Origin: Gammaproteobacteria bacterium
Lineage (GTDB): Bacteria; Pseudomonadota; Gammaproteobacteria; Eutrophobiales; Eutrophobiaceae
Reading direction: 5' to 3'
Assembly (NCBI GenBank): GCA_965116495.1
Contig: OZ220696.1
Coordinates: forward strand, 1,600,001-1,664,000
Length of the DNA: 64,000 nucleotides
Both the position numbers and the translations under genes were made by a program. A model generated the notes under the pieces. That model searched no databases and was not told where the DNA came from. It saw nothing but the letters and a program-made list of their open reading frames with translations. Each line of letters opens with the position of its first letter. The stretch's first letter is position 1. Of the stretch, positions 51,596-61,317 are shown one piece after another.

Positions 51596-52366
51596 TTACC
51601 GCTCTCCGCCTTTCGCCTCCTCCCATAACTCGTCCATTCTTTCCAAAGACGCGCTCTCCAGGCTCTCCCCTGCTTCCTCGAGCCTGGTTTGAATAAAGCG
51701 GAACCGTTGTTCGAACTTGTTATTGGCCTCTCGCAGGGCCGTTTCGGGGTTAATTTCCAGGTGTCTGGCCAGGTTGACGGCCGCAAACAGCACGTCGCCC
51801 AGTTCGGATTGTAGTCGGGAAGGTGGTTGCATCGCCGTCATTTCCCGTTTCAGTTCACTGATTTCCTCTTCAACCTTGGCCATTACCTGGGCCGGTTCTT
51901 CCCAGTCAAAGCCTGCCCGGGCGGCGTGTTTTTGTATTTTCTCCGCCCGTAACATTGCCGGTAACGCCCTGGCGATACCGCCCAGGTAATCTCCCCCTCT
52001 CTCCTCCTGCTTGATCTTCTCCCAGTTGGTCTTGACGTCCTCAACCGTGTCCAGCCGCCGGCCTGCAAAGACATGGGGATGCCTTCTCTCCAGCTTCTCA
52101 CAGACAGCGCCGATGACATCCGCTAAATCGAAACTGCCGGATTCGGACGCCATTTGCGAATAAAAGATGACATGGAACAATAAATCTCCCAGTTCATCCT
52201 TTACATCTTCCATGTTGTTACGCTCCAGGGCATCAACCAGTTCGTAAATCTCTTCCAGCGTATACGGGATGATGGACTCCATGGTCTGCTGCCTGTCCCA
52301 GGGGCATCCTGTCTCCGGGTCGCGTAATGCCGACATTATGTCTGTCAACTCCTGGATGGACTTCAT
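51596..52366 (-). CDS. mazG: Nucleoside triphosphate pyrophosphohydrolase MazG
   Basis: GCPWD..QT, EEIYE, ELGDLL, RRHPHVF, GFDW, ELGDVLF. Confidence 0.95.
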   Translation of the reverse strand: MKSIQELTDIMSALRDPETGCPWDRQQTMESIIPYTLEEIYELVDALERNNMEDVKDELGDLLFHVIFYSQMASESGSFDLADVIGAVCEKLERRHPHVFAGRRLDTVEDVKTNWEKIKQEERGGDYLGGIARALPAMLRAEKIQKHAARAGFDWEEPAQVMAKVEEEISELKREMTAMQPPSRLQSELGDVLFAAVNLARHLEINPETALREANNKFEQRFRFIQTRLEEAGESLESASLERMDELWEEAKGGER

Positions 52367-52503
52367 ATTACCTATCCTGCAATGAATGGCTTGTAATATC
52401 TTAATTTTCTTTTACTTTTTTGGCTGTTATAATCTCAGACTGAAAATTTGGCAACTCGCCGGGTCTTGAGATGCAGCCTGGCATCGCGATACCAGATTAA
52501 CAC

Positions 52504-53076
52504 ATGAAACCACTTATCTTGCGACTTGATATTTCCGGCACACCGGTTACCTGGGTCCCCTGGCAGGACGCGGTGAGTCTTTACTGCCGTGATATGGTGG
52601 GCTGGACCGCGGGCGATGAGACTTTTACGTTTCATGGCGGCATCAATAAAAGGAGCGGGATGCGCTCTGCCGTCTCGATTAATTCCATAATTGCGGTCAA
52701 GCGTTCAAGAAATCATAAACACATTTATCGAACCGTTCCGCCGTTGACCAACCGCGAACTGTTTCTGCGTGACGCGCGTATCTGTATGTATTGCGGCAGC
52801 CGGCATAAAGACATTTCCTTGACCCGGGATCACGTATTGCCCATATCCCGCGGCGGAACCGACCGCTGGTCAAATGTGGTCACTGCCTGCCGATCGTGCA
52901 ATACCCGCAAGGGCAACAGGAGCCCTGAGGAAGCGGGCATGCCGCTGCTGGCAGTGCCGTATGTACCTAACTGGGCCGAATATCTCGCCTTGTCGAACAG
53001 AAAAATACTGGCCGACCAGATGGAATTTTTGAAATCGCAGTTTTCCGGCCGCATAATGCCGTTCTACGCTCAATGA
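52504..53076 (+). CDS. HNH endonuclease
   Basis: LFLRD...CMYCG, TRDHVLP.SRGG...WSNVVTACRSCN.RKG. Confidence 0.9.
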   Translation: MKPLILRLDISGTPVTWVPWQDAVSLYCRDMVGWTAGDETFTFHGGINKRSGMRSAVSINSIIAVKRSRNHKHIYRTVPPLTNRELFLRDARICMYCGSRHKDISLTRDHVLPISRGGTDRWSNVVTACRSCNTRKGNRSPEEAGMPLLAVPYVPNWAEYLALSNRKILADQMEFLKSQFSGRIMPFYAQ

Positions 53077-53086
53077 GGAATGTCTG

Positions 53087-53452
53087 ATGAGAATTGTTAT
53101 CGGCGTATCAATATTCGTGCTGTCGCTGAACACCCTGGCTGCCGATAAATCGGGCAACTATGCGATATGGGGAAAAGGACAAAAGTCCTGTTACCGCTAC
53201 ATGAAAGACCGTTCTACAGGAACAGATGAGGCCTATAAAAGCTTCATCATGGGATATTTAACCGCATATAACGCCATGACGCCGCAAACCTACAGCATTT
53301 CCAGAGATATGAAACTGGATGAGATCATGGCCTGGCTGGATAATTATTGTGACCTGAAACAAATGCACGGAATTGAGTCGTCTTTACTTGAATTTATCAC
53401 CAGCCATTATGAAAACCGCTACCGTGATCCGCCTGGCAGGACAGGTCGTTGA
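53087..53452 (+). CDS. Hypothetical secreted protein with two cysteines
   Basis: Signal peptide ending TLA-A; G..SC..Y, GYLTAYN, WLDNYC. Confidence 0.65.
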   Translation: MRIVIGVSIFVLSLNTLAADKSGNYAIWGKGQKSCYRYMKDRSTGTDEAYKSFIMGYLTAYNAMTPQTYSISRDMKLDEIMAWLDNYCDLKQMHGIESSLLEFITSHYENRYRDPPGRTGR

Positions 53453-53623
53453 ACGGAATTGCTGTTGATTATTTCTGCAATTATCGCGCGTTAGATGTTA
53501 TACTAGGGGCTTGATGTATAAGATAATAATCTGCGGATTGATTATATCTGAAAAATGCGTCATTATTGGCGGAATTGACGCTTAACCCCCCCCCTGTAAC
53601 CGGGCAAACTGGAGAATAGAAAT

Positions 53624-53926
53624 ATGAAGAGAACCTTGGTCAAAGTGACTTTTTTTGCTGCTGTACTGATGATACTGGGCGGCTGTGCGACAGTTGAGCA
53701 GCTTAATGAGGTTAGGGCAATTGCAGAGAGTGCTCAATCCGCAGCGAACAGCGCCGGCTCTGCGGCAAGCAGCGCGGGATCCGCAGCGGACAGCGCCATG
53801 TCAGCGGCCAATTCGGCAGCAGATGCGGCAAGCGCAGCCCAATCCGCGGCTGATGCGGCGATGGCATGCTGCAGTGAAAATTCAAGCAAGCTGGATCGCA
53901 TGTTTGAAAAAGCGATGCAGAAATAA
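53624..53926 (+). CDS. Lpp/OprI-like alanine-zipper outer-membrane lipoprotein
   Basis: Lipobox LGGC, Ala/Ser heptads, KLDRMFEKAMQK ending in Lys; strong GGAG RBS. Confidence 0.85.
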   Translation: MKRTLVKVTFFAAVLMILGGCATVEQLNEVRAIAESAQSAANSAGSAASSAGSAADSAMSAANSAADAASAAQSAADAAMACCSENSSKLDRMFEKAMQK

Positions 53927-54088
53927 GCGGCTTACCAGTCTGATCGCTTAAACAACTACTTCGCCTCCGGTGCGCTGCGTCACTGCAGTGTACCGGAAAG
54001 AGGTATAACCAAAAGCCGCACAACCCTGGTTGTCATGCGGACGGGTGGGTGTTTCTTAAATTCTAGTCCGTTTTGCTTGTTTCACCCC

Positions 54089-55048
54089 TTACTGCTGTTG
54101 TCTATAGATAATCCGGCCGATTTCAACCGGTATTCCGTTGCTCTCAGCGATGACTGATTCAGCCAGGCTCCAATCCACCTGGTAATCCCTGTCTCCGGTA
54201 ATTTTTATCAGCATTTCAACAATAATGCTCAGGTTCCCATCGAATTGCTCCCCATCCTCCTCCAGGAAAGGATGGGCTTCCAGGTAGATCCTGTCGTTAT
54301 AGCTGCCTACCTTGTAAGGCTGATTGACGATGCGCACAGGCGTGCGCAGTTCCACCTGCTGGTACAGGCTCTTGATGTCTTCAGGATACAGGCGGATACA
54401 ACCGTGGCTGACCCGCATCCCTATTCCGAAAGGTTTGTTTGTGCCATGGATAATATACTCGGGCATTCCCAGCCTCATTGCATAATTGCCCAGCGGGTTA
54501 TCCGGCCCCGGGGGTACCCGTTTAGGTAACGGATCACCTTGTTCGGCATGTTCCTTGCGGATGGATTCAGGCGGATACCAGGAGGGCCGGGTTTTCTTCT
54601 GGATGATCCGGGTATTCATATACGGGGTTGACCAGCCCAGACGACCCACCCCGATCGGGTGGGTAATAACCTCGGAAACCTGGTCGGATTCCTGTGGCGG
54701 GAAATAGTAAAGACGCATCTCGGGTATGTTCAGCACTATACCGACATGGGGGGTGACAGGTAATACAAACAGGTTTGGCAATACAATTTCCGTCCCCTCA
54801 CCCGGTAACCAGGTATCCACGCCGGGATTGGCCAGTTTGATCTCCCGGAAACCCAGTCCGTTGGCCCTGGCTATGTCCGGGAGTGTGTCTTCGTGTTCGG
54901 CGCGGACTTCCTCCAGGTTGCCTATCATCGAATCACCGGGGGTCTTCAGCGTATAGGAGACAGTCGCCCAGACCGGTATCCAGGTGAATGCGCTTGTCAG
55001 GATAAAAGCAAGCCGGATGAGTGGACCTGGTAATATTTTTCCGAACAT
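54089..55048 (-). CDS. L,D-transpeptidase (ErfK/YbiS family)
   Basis: LysM-like N-terminal part, ANPGVD.WLP, PPGPDNPLG, IHGTN, catalytic SHGCIRL. Confidence 0.92.
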   Translation of the reverse strand: MFGKILPGPLIRLAFILTSAFTWIPVWATVSYTLKTPGDSMIGNLEEVRAEHEDTLPDIARANGLGFREIKLANPGVDTWLPGEGTEIVLPNLFVLPVTPHVGIVLNIPEMRLYYFPPQESDQVSEVITHPIGVGRLGWSTPYMNTRIIQKKTRPSWYPPESIRKEHAEQGDPLPKRVPPGPDNPLGNYAMRLGMPEYIIHGTNKPFGIGMRVSHGCIRLYPEDIKSLYQQVELRTPVRIVNQPYKVGSYNDRIYLEAHPFLEEDGEQFDGNLSIIVEMLIKITGDRDYQVDWSLAESVIAESNGIPVEIGRIIYRQQQ

Positions 55049-55566
55049 CAGTATTCCTGCAGTCTGGGCATGAGTTCAACCAGGTTGCAAGGCCGGGTCC
55101 GGTAATCCAACTGGTGTGAGATAATCTTGTCCCAGGCAGTTGCGCAGGCGCCCGATGAACCCGGCAGACAGAAAACATAGGTACCGCCGGCTACCCCGGC
55201 AACAGCACGAGATTGCAGTGACGAAGTACCAATCTCCTGGTAGGACAAATACCGGAACAGCTCTCCGAAGCCCTCAATTTCCTTATCAAACAACACGGAA
55301 ACGGCCTCGGGCGTGCCGTCCCGGCCGGTTACCCCTGTCCCCCCGGTGGCCAGAACCGCATCCACATCTGCAACGGCGCACCAGCGTGAAACCGCCGCGC
55401 GGATCCGGTATATATCATCCGGTACTATGGATTTTTCATAGAGACTGTGACCCGCCTCTTCCAGCCTGCGGGCCAGGAGTTTTCCGGATTTGTCGGTTTT
55501 TTCCGTGCGTGAATCGGAAATGACCAGCACGGCGATATTCAACGGTTTAAATTCTCTGTCAGGCAC
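55048..55566 (-). CDS. moaB: Molybdenum cofactor biosynthesis protein B
   Basis: AVLVISDSR, TGGTGVTGRD.TPEA, GFGELFR, LPGS, RPCN; GTG start at 55566. Confidence 0.92.
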   Translation of the reverse strand: MPDREFKPLNIAVLVISDSRTEKTDKSGKLLARRLEEAGHSLYEKSIVPDDIYRIRAAVSRWCAVADVDAVLATGGTGVTGRDGTPEAVSVLFDKEIEGFGELFRYLSYQEIGTSSLQSRAVAGVAGGTYVFCLPGSSGACATAWDKIISHQLDYRTRPCNLVELMPRLQEY

Positions 55567-55697
55567 GGTATACCCATATTCTAAACTGAGAGGGGACAGG
55601 TTTAAACATGCCCCTCGCAAGTAGTAAGCAGGGGTCCGTCCCCGGTACGCCCAAAATGCATGAGGGATATTTCAGCGTAACATAAACGGGGACGGGT

Positions 55698-57062
55698 TTA
55701 AACCGGTCTCCTTTCTACGGAAGAAGCGGGAGCTGGTTTTAACCCGGCCACGTTACTTTCCGCAATCCAGTGCGCGGCTGAGCGATAATACCAGAGCAGG
55801 CTCAATGCACGGGCGATGAAAAATCCCATCAGGGCCAACCACAGCCCGTGGTTGCCCAGGCCCTCCAGCAGGTACCAGCATGGCAGATAGACGATGAACG
55901 TTGAAAAAATCATGCCGTTCCTGAGTTCCCTGCCCCGGGTAGCGCCGATGAAAATACCGTCAAACATAAAACACCAGACAGAAATAAGCGGCGATACGAT
56001 CATCCAGGGCAGGTAGAGATAGGCAGTTTCCCTGACGACCGCTATATCCGTCATCAGGTTCACCATCCATGTGCCTGCGACGATAAACAGCAACGCATAA
56101 AGAAATGCGACACCACCCCCCCAGGTCATCACCGAACGGACAGCTCGTTTAAATTGCCTCTGGTCTCTTGCGCCGACGGCCTTGCCGACCAGGGCCTCGG
56201 CAGCATTGGCAAAACCGTCCAGACCCAAGGCCACCAGCATTTGGAAGTTCAACAGGATGGCATTAGCCGCCAGGATCAGTTCACCCTGGTTTGCACCCTG
56301 CCTGGTAAAAAAGGCAAATGCGAAGATCAGGCACATGGTCCTTAAAAAGATATTCTGGTTCAATACCAGCAAGGCGGTAAAATCCTTCACGTCAAAGATA
56401 ACCAACCTGCGCCAGTGCCCCGGATGCCGTTTCAATTCCCCGTAAATGAAAAGACCCGCCAGTGCAGAGCCGGAAAACTGTGAGATGACGGAAGCAAGGG
56501 CCACACCGCGCACGTCCATATCCAGACCAAACACGAAAATAAAATCGAGGACAATATTAAGAATACCGATCAACAAGGTGACATAAAACGTGGCCCTGGC
56601 ATTTTGCATTCCCAGCAGCCAACCGACACAAGTCATGTTCAACAATACGGCCGGCGCTCCCCACACGGCCCAATAGAAATATACCCCGGCGTTGCTCTTG
56701 ACATCCGGGGTACCACCGACCAGGTCGAGCCCCAGGGTAATAATGGGGGTCTGGAGCAACAGGATGAAACAGGCAATGATCAGACCGAGGAAGCAACTGT
56801 GCAACAGGGCGGATCTGAGACGGTCCGGATTTTCATCTCCCTTGAGCTGGGCAACGACGCCCACCGTCCCCATACGAAGAAAACCCATCCCCCAGTACAG
56901 GAAACTGAAAATCACGGAAGCAACTGCTACTGCGCCGATATATGCAGGGGTTTCCAGGTGCCCGACCACTGCCGTATCAACCATTCCCTGCAGGGCAATC
57001 GTCAAATTGGACAGGATCAAAGGTCCCGCCAGGCGTAGCAGTTGAGTATTATGTGATAGCAT
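55698..57062 (-). CDS. MATE efflux transporter (DinF-like)
   Basis: LAGPLILSN, VDTAVVGHL, GFLRMGT, LDGFANAAEALVG. Confidence 0.9.
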   Translation of the reverse strand: MLSHNTQLLRLAGPLILSNLTIALQGMVDTAVVGHLETPAYIGAVAVASVIFSFLYWGMGFLRMGTVGVVAQLKGDENPDRLRSALLHSCFLGLIIACFILLLQTPIITLGLDLVGGTPDVKSNAGVYFYWAVWGAPAVLLNMTCVGWLLGMQNARATFYVTLLIGILNIVLDFIFVFGLDMDVRGVALASVISQFSGSALAGLFIYGELKRHPGHWRRLVIFDVKDFTALLVLNQNIFLRTMCLIFAFAFFTRQGANQGELILAANAILLNFQMLVALGLDGFANAAEALVGKAVGARDQRQFKRAVRSVMTWGGGVAFLYALLFIVAGTWMVNLMTDIAVVRETAYLYLPWMIVSPLISVWCFMFDGIFIGATRGRELRNGMIFSTFIVYLPCWYLLEGLGNHGLWLALMGFFIARALSLLWYYRSAAHWIAESNVAGLKPAPASSVERRPV

Positions 57063-57206
57063 CGATGATAGGACGCCTGACGTTTAATGGCCTGGGTGAT
57101 CCGGCAATTTTGCCGATACGCTGATCATTACGGGAGTGCGCCGCTCTCCCGTGTTTGCCGGAAATGTATTTACAGACCGGGGATTAATCGAAATCAGCGA
57201 CTCCGC

Positions 57207-57803
57207 TCATCCACCACCCCATTTCCCGAAAAAAAAGTGCTCGCTCGCGGGATTTCGTTTTCTCGGTGCAAATTCTCTCTGCTGACGTTCCTCCGGTATT
57301 GCCTCCCGCGCCACCTGATAACCGATGGCAATCATGGCCATCGGCGTGTGATCGTCCGGTATGCCGAAAACCTGGCTGGATTTATCAGCGTCGAAGCCTC
57401 CCATCTGGTGGGCCATGAGACCGAGGTCGGTGGCCTGCAGACATAAACTGATGCCGGCGGCGCCGGTATCATATTGCGCCCACCTGTTAGGCTCGCCGTT
57501 ATGCTTGAAGCGTTCCACCGCGACTGCCAGGATGAGTACCGGTGCATTTTGCGCCCAGGCGCGGTTTCCCTCTACCAGGCAGTCGAAGGCTGTGTCCCAG
57601 GCCGCTTCGTCCCTGGACCGGTCACAGATAATGAAGTTCCAGGGCTGGGCGCCGTAACAGGACAGGGACCACCTTGCGGCCTCTATACAGGCGGAGAGTT
57701 TCCCGGCTTCCACCGTCCGCTCAGGGTCATACGCCACGCCGCTCCAGCGACTCGCCAACATGCCATTAATGGGAACTTCCGTAATTGCTTTTTTTTCAAA
57801 CAT
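57207..57803 (-). CDS. Nitroreductase family protein
   Basis: RWS..AY, EAARW..SCYG.QPW.F, YDTGAA, HQMGGFD. Confidence 0.88.
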   Translation of the reverse strand: MFEKKAITEVPINGMLASRWSGVAYDPERTVEAGKLSACIEAARWSLSCYGAQPWNFIICDRSRDEAAWDTAFDCLVEGNRAWAQNAPVLILAVAVERFKHNGEPNRWAQYDTGAAGISLCLQATDLGLMAHQMGGFDADKSSQVFGIPDDHTPMAMIAIGYQVAREAIPEERQQREFAPRKRNPASEHFFFGKWGGG

Positions 57804-57850
57804 AATATTTTTCCTATGTAATGTTCAGTGAATGAAAACTGTTGAGTAGT

Positions 57851-58148
57851 TCAGCTTTCGGTCACTTCAATCCAATAATCAGGTTTTCTATGCTGATGGG
57901 CAACAGCTATCACAAATATGTGATCTTCTTCAATGGAGTACAAAAATTTTATAAGGGAATTTATGCAGAAGGCACTTTCTTATTTCATCACGCTCTACTG
58001 ACCATGCTTCCGGGTATTCTGATATCCTGATAATGGCTTTCCTGACTTCTTCACGAAATCATTTTCCAAGGCCGGCAAATTCCATTTCATAAAAGTTCGT
58101 TGCATCGTTAAGTTCGCTTACAGCCAACCCGGAAAATACGACTTTCAT
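57851..58148 (-). pseudogene. ParE/RelE toxin pseudogene
   Basis: MKVVFSGLAVSELNDA..FYE....GLGK*FREEV...YPEAW...KFPYK then a frameshift to LYSIEEDHIFVIAVAHQHRKPDYW; TGA at codon 30 (58059-58061) and an extra T near 57942-57946. Confidence 0.85.
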
Positions 58149-58354
58149 TATTCGTTCTTAAATACTTCCTCCATTGGCACTCCTTCGAGATTGCCCTCGC
58201 GATAATCGCGCAAACGCTTTTCTGCTTCCTCGGCCCGGAGCGCGTCCAGTAATTTGTCCGGTTCGTCAAGACTTTTTAAAATCCCTTCAACGAGCAGGAA
58301 TCTTTCATCCGGCTTTAGCGCCAGAGCTTGTTCAAGTACTTTTTTACCGCTCAT
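58148..58354 (-). CDS. Addiction module antitoxin (TIGR02574-like)
   Basis: ALALKPDER..LVE.IL.SLD.PD......EEAEKRL..Y..G; stop overlaps the toxin ATG (TAATG). Confidence 0.82.
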   Translation of the reverse strand: MSGKKVLEQALALKPDERFLLVEGILKSLDEPDKLLDALRAEEAEKRLRDYREGNLEGVPMEEVFKNE

Positions 58355-58532
58355 TATATTCACCCTGAGTTTCCTGGTGTTGTGTGCAAATTATGTATGA
58401 CGAAATCAAGTAACTCAAGCTCTTGTCTCAAACATGCGAACCTGTATTAATTATTCCTCGCAGGGTCAGTGAGGAGCGATATACTCATTCACTGATATAC
58501 TCCAATATATCACGAAAGACGTCCACTCCATT

Positions 58533-59705
58533 TCAATCCCGGCGCATACGGTCGGAGGTTGCAATGGGAGTGCGGTAGTTGAGGACTACGATACCGGAGG
58601 AAATGATAAAAGTGATTAAGGTGGCCAGTTGGATCATGTATGAGGTATCCTGCTGGATAAATCGCGCTTCAGCCGCCAGTACTGCAATCAGGAAGGAAAA
58701 CTCGCTGATCTGCCCCAACCTGTAACCGACTTCCCTGGAGATTGCCCGTTTTTCATGGGCTTTGACGAACAGCTTCTCAAAAATCACGGGCTTTACGACC
58801 AGGGCACAGGCAGCAAGAACTGTTGCCGGGAGCACGATTTCAGAGATGATATCCAGGTTGAAACTGGCGCCCATCGAGAAGAAAAACAATACCAGGAAGA
58901 AATCCCGCAATGGCTTTAACTTCATGGTGATAAACGGCGCAATCGGGCTGGACGCCAGGGTTATCCCGGCGATAAAGGCGCCGATCTCGCGGGACAGGCC
59001 CAGCATGGCGGCTACCTCCGCGACTGCCAGGCACCAGGCGATCGCCAGCAAAAAAATATATTCGTGAATTTGATCAAACCGGTTGATCAACCTGACGATA
59101 ACGTATCGTTCAACGAACCAGGAAATGAGGATTAATAACGGTAGCGTCAGTATCTGCATGGTGATATCGACCAGCAGTTGGTCGTTTTTCCCGTATCCCT
59201 GCAGCATCAGCAGGATAATGATCGCAATCACATCCTGGATCAGCAGCACGCTGATGATCATCTGTCCGGTATGGCGGTGGTGCAATGCAGTGGTGGGCAG
59301 CAGCTTTACACCTATGATGGTGCTGGAGAACATCATGATGGAACCGATCAACAACGCTTCGGCTAACGGGTAACTGAAGCCGAAGGCAATGGCGAAACCC
59401 ATCGCAAAAAAAATGAGCGAACTCAGTAAAGTGACCCACAGGGCCTCGCCCAGCATCTTCCATAATTCCTGGGGAAACAGGTCCAGTCCGAGCAGGTAGA
59501 GCAGGAAGACAATGCCGATATGCGCGATATCGGAAATCAATTCGGGGTCGTCAACCAGGCCCATGCCCCAGGGACCCAGGATGACGCCGAGCACGATATA
59601 CGCAACGATCATGGCCTGGCGCGCGTACAAGGCCAGGGTGGCAAGTATCGCGGCGCCGGTAAAAATCAGGAATATTGAAAACTCTATCTCGTGAACAGCC
59701 GTCAT
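58533..59705 (-). CDS. Cation:proton antiporter (CPA2/Kef-like)
   Basis: About 12 TM segments; GVILGP, FSST, LLIQD, GAFIAG, PLRDFF, GQISEFS. Confidence 0.88.
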   Translation of the reverse strand: MTAVHEIEFSIFLIFTGAAILATLALYARQAMIVAYIVLGVILGPWGMGLVDDPELISDIAHIGIVFLLYLLGLDLFPQELWKMLGEALWVTLLSSLIFFAMGFAIAFGFSYPLAEALLIGSIMMFSSTIIGVKLLPTTALHHRHTGQMIISVLLIQDVIAIIILLMLQGYGKNDQLLVDITMQILTLPLLILISWFVERYVIVRLINRFDQIHEYIFLLAIAWCLAVAEVAAMLGLSREIGAFIAGITLASSPIAPFITMKLKPLRDFFLVLFFFSMGASFNLDIISEIVLPATVLAACALVVKPVIFEKLFVKAHEKRAISREVGYRLGQISEFSFLIAVLAAEARFIQQDTSYMIQLATLITFIISSGIVVLNYRTPIATSDRMRRD

Positions 59706-59724
59706 GGAATATAAAATACCATGA

Positions 59725-59951
59725 TTATCCGCAGATGACGCAGATTAACGCAGTTATTATTTTGAAGTAATTACGATTGTATTCGTCCGGCGGAAGCCGG
59801 AATCCAGTAATCAGATCGTCGCTTACAACACTTTATAGGAAGTCCCTCCTGGACCTGTATTTCACTGGATTCCCGCGTGCGCGGGAATGACGGCCTGGAG
59901 GATCAAGCCCGGCATAACGACTTAAACTCTATCTGCGCCATCTGCGGATAA
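59725..59951. repeat. Nested repeat: outer CCGCAGAT-type inverted arms enclosing a CGTC-type REP doublet
   Basis: TTATCCGCAGATGACGCAGAT (59725) versus ATCTGCGCCATCTGCGGATAA (59931); inner arms at 59784-59807 and 59863-59892. Confidence 0.7.
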
Positions 59952-61292
59952 TAACGGTTTTTTCATCAGGTAGATGATAAGCAATAGTGCGGGTGCGCCC
60001 AGCAATCCGGCATACAGGAAGAACCAGGCATAGCCCGCGGCTTCAACCACGATGCCGGAAAAACCGCCGATAATTTTTGCCGGCAGGGTCATCAGGGAAG
60101 AAAATAAGGCGTATTGTGTGGCGGTATACGTGGTATTGGTCAGGCTGGACAGGTAGGCGATGAAGGCCGAGGTGGCAAACCCGCCGCTCAGGTTGTCAAC
60201 GCTGATAACGACTGCCAGGCTCACAAGATCCGGTTCGCTCACGGCCAGCCAGACAAAGAATAAATTGGTCAGTGGTACAAGTACGGCGCCAACCAGCAAC
60301 GGCTTGTAAATCCCGTAGCGCAGGACGAATATCCCACCCAATCCTGCACCGAGAATGGTCATGAAAAAACCGAACACCTTGGTGACGTTTGCAATCTCGA
60401 TCTTGCTGAAACCCAGGTCCAGGTAAAACGGATTGGCCATGACTCCCATGGTGATATCGCTGAGCCTGAACGTCCCGATAAGGAGCAGGATCAACAGGGC
60501 AAGCATCCCGTTCCTGCGGAAAAACTCGACAAATGGACTGACTACAGCACCGGCAAACCAGGCGACCAGCCGGGATATCGGATCCGCGCCTTTGTCCAGA
60601 CCCATTTTCCGCTCCAGTTCATTTTCAAGTTTCCCGGTTGCCTCAGAGACCGGGTGGGTGGGTTCGGCAATGACCAGGGTCGTTATTACGCCTACACCCA
60701 TCAGGCAGGCCATGGTGAAATATGCGTATTGCCAGGTCTGGGCCGCGGCAATATAAAATGCGCCTGCGCCGGCTACAAGCAGGGCCACCCGGTAGCCGAA
60801 CACATAGCTGGCCGCCATGGCCCCCTGTAATAGCCTGTCTACCGCCTCAATACGATAGGCATCGATAGTAATATCCTGGGTCGCCGATCCGAATGCGACC
60901 AGCAGCGCAAAAATCGCGATTTGCTGCAACTGGGAATGGGGATCGGACAAGGCCATGCCTGCCAGACCCAGGGCAATCAGAAGCTGGGCCGACAACATCC
61001 ATGAGCGTCTTTTACCCATCCGCCCGGTCAGGAAAAAAATCGGTATCCGGTCAACTACCGGCGCCCAGAACACCTTGATCGAGTAGGTAATGCCTATCCA
61101 GCTGAAAAAACCGATGGTGGATAGAGCCAGCCCCGAATCCCGCAACCAGGCCGACAAGGTAGAAAACACCAGGAGAAAAGGCAGTCCCGCGGAAAACCCG
61201 AGAAAACTCATGGCAATGACGCGGGGGCGGCTGTACACCGCCAGTGCGTTGCGCCAGTCCCTGCCCGTTTTTTCGACCATGACGCTATTCAT
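59922..61292 (-). CDS. ampG: Muropeptide MFS transporter AmpG
   Basis: LGFSAGLP, KVFWAPVVD, GKRRSW, SATQDI.IDAYRIE, TATQYALFSS. Confidence 0.9.
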   Translation of the reverse strand: MNSVMVEKTGRDWRNALAVYSRPRVIAMSFLGFSAGLPFLLVFSTLSAWLRDSGLALSTIGFFSWIGITYSIKVFWAPVVDRIPIFFLTGRMGKRRSWMLSAQLLIALGLAGMALSDPHSQLQQIAIFALLVAFGSATQDITIDAYRIEAVDRLLQGAMAASYVFGYRVALLVAGAGAFYIAAAQTWQYAYFTMACLMGVGVITTLVIAEPTHPVSEATGKLENELERKMGLDKGADPISRLVAWFAGAVVSPFVEFFRRNGMLALLILLLIGTFRLSDITMGVMANPFYLDLGFSKIEIANVTKVFGFFMTILGAGLGGIFVLRYGIYKPLLVGAVLVPLTNLFFVWLAVSEPDLVSLAVVISVDNLSGGFATSAFIAYLSSLTNTTYTATQYALFSSLMTLPAKIIGGFSGIVVEAAGYAWFFLYAGLLGAPALLLIIYLMKKPLLSADGADRV

Positions 61293-61317
61293 TCACAGGC
61301 ATATACTGGCCCGACTC

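Noticed and set aside
52504-53076. IscB/Cas9-like RNA-guided nuclease
   Set aside because: Only 190 aa, with no RuvC or PLMP motifs and no room for a large upstream ncRNA
58059-58061. Selenocysteine or read-through at the in-frame TGA of the ParE-like gene
   Set aside because: Not a Cys-equivalent position, and a separate frameshift also breaks the gene
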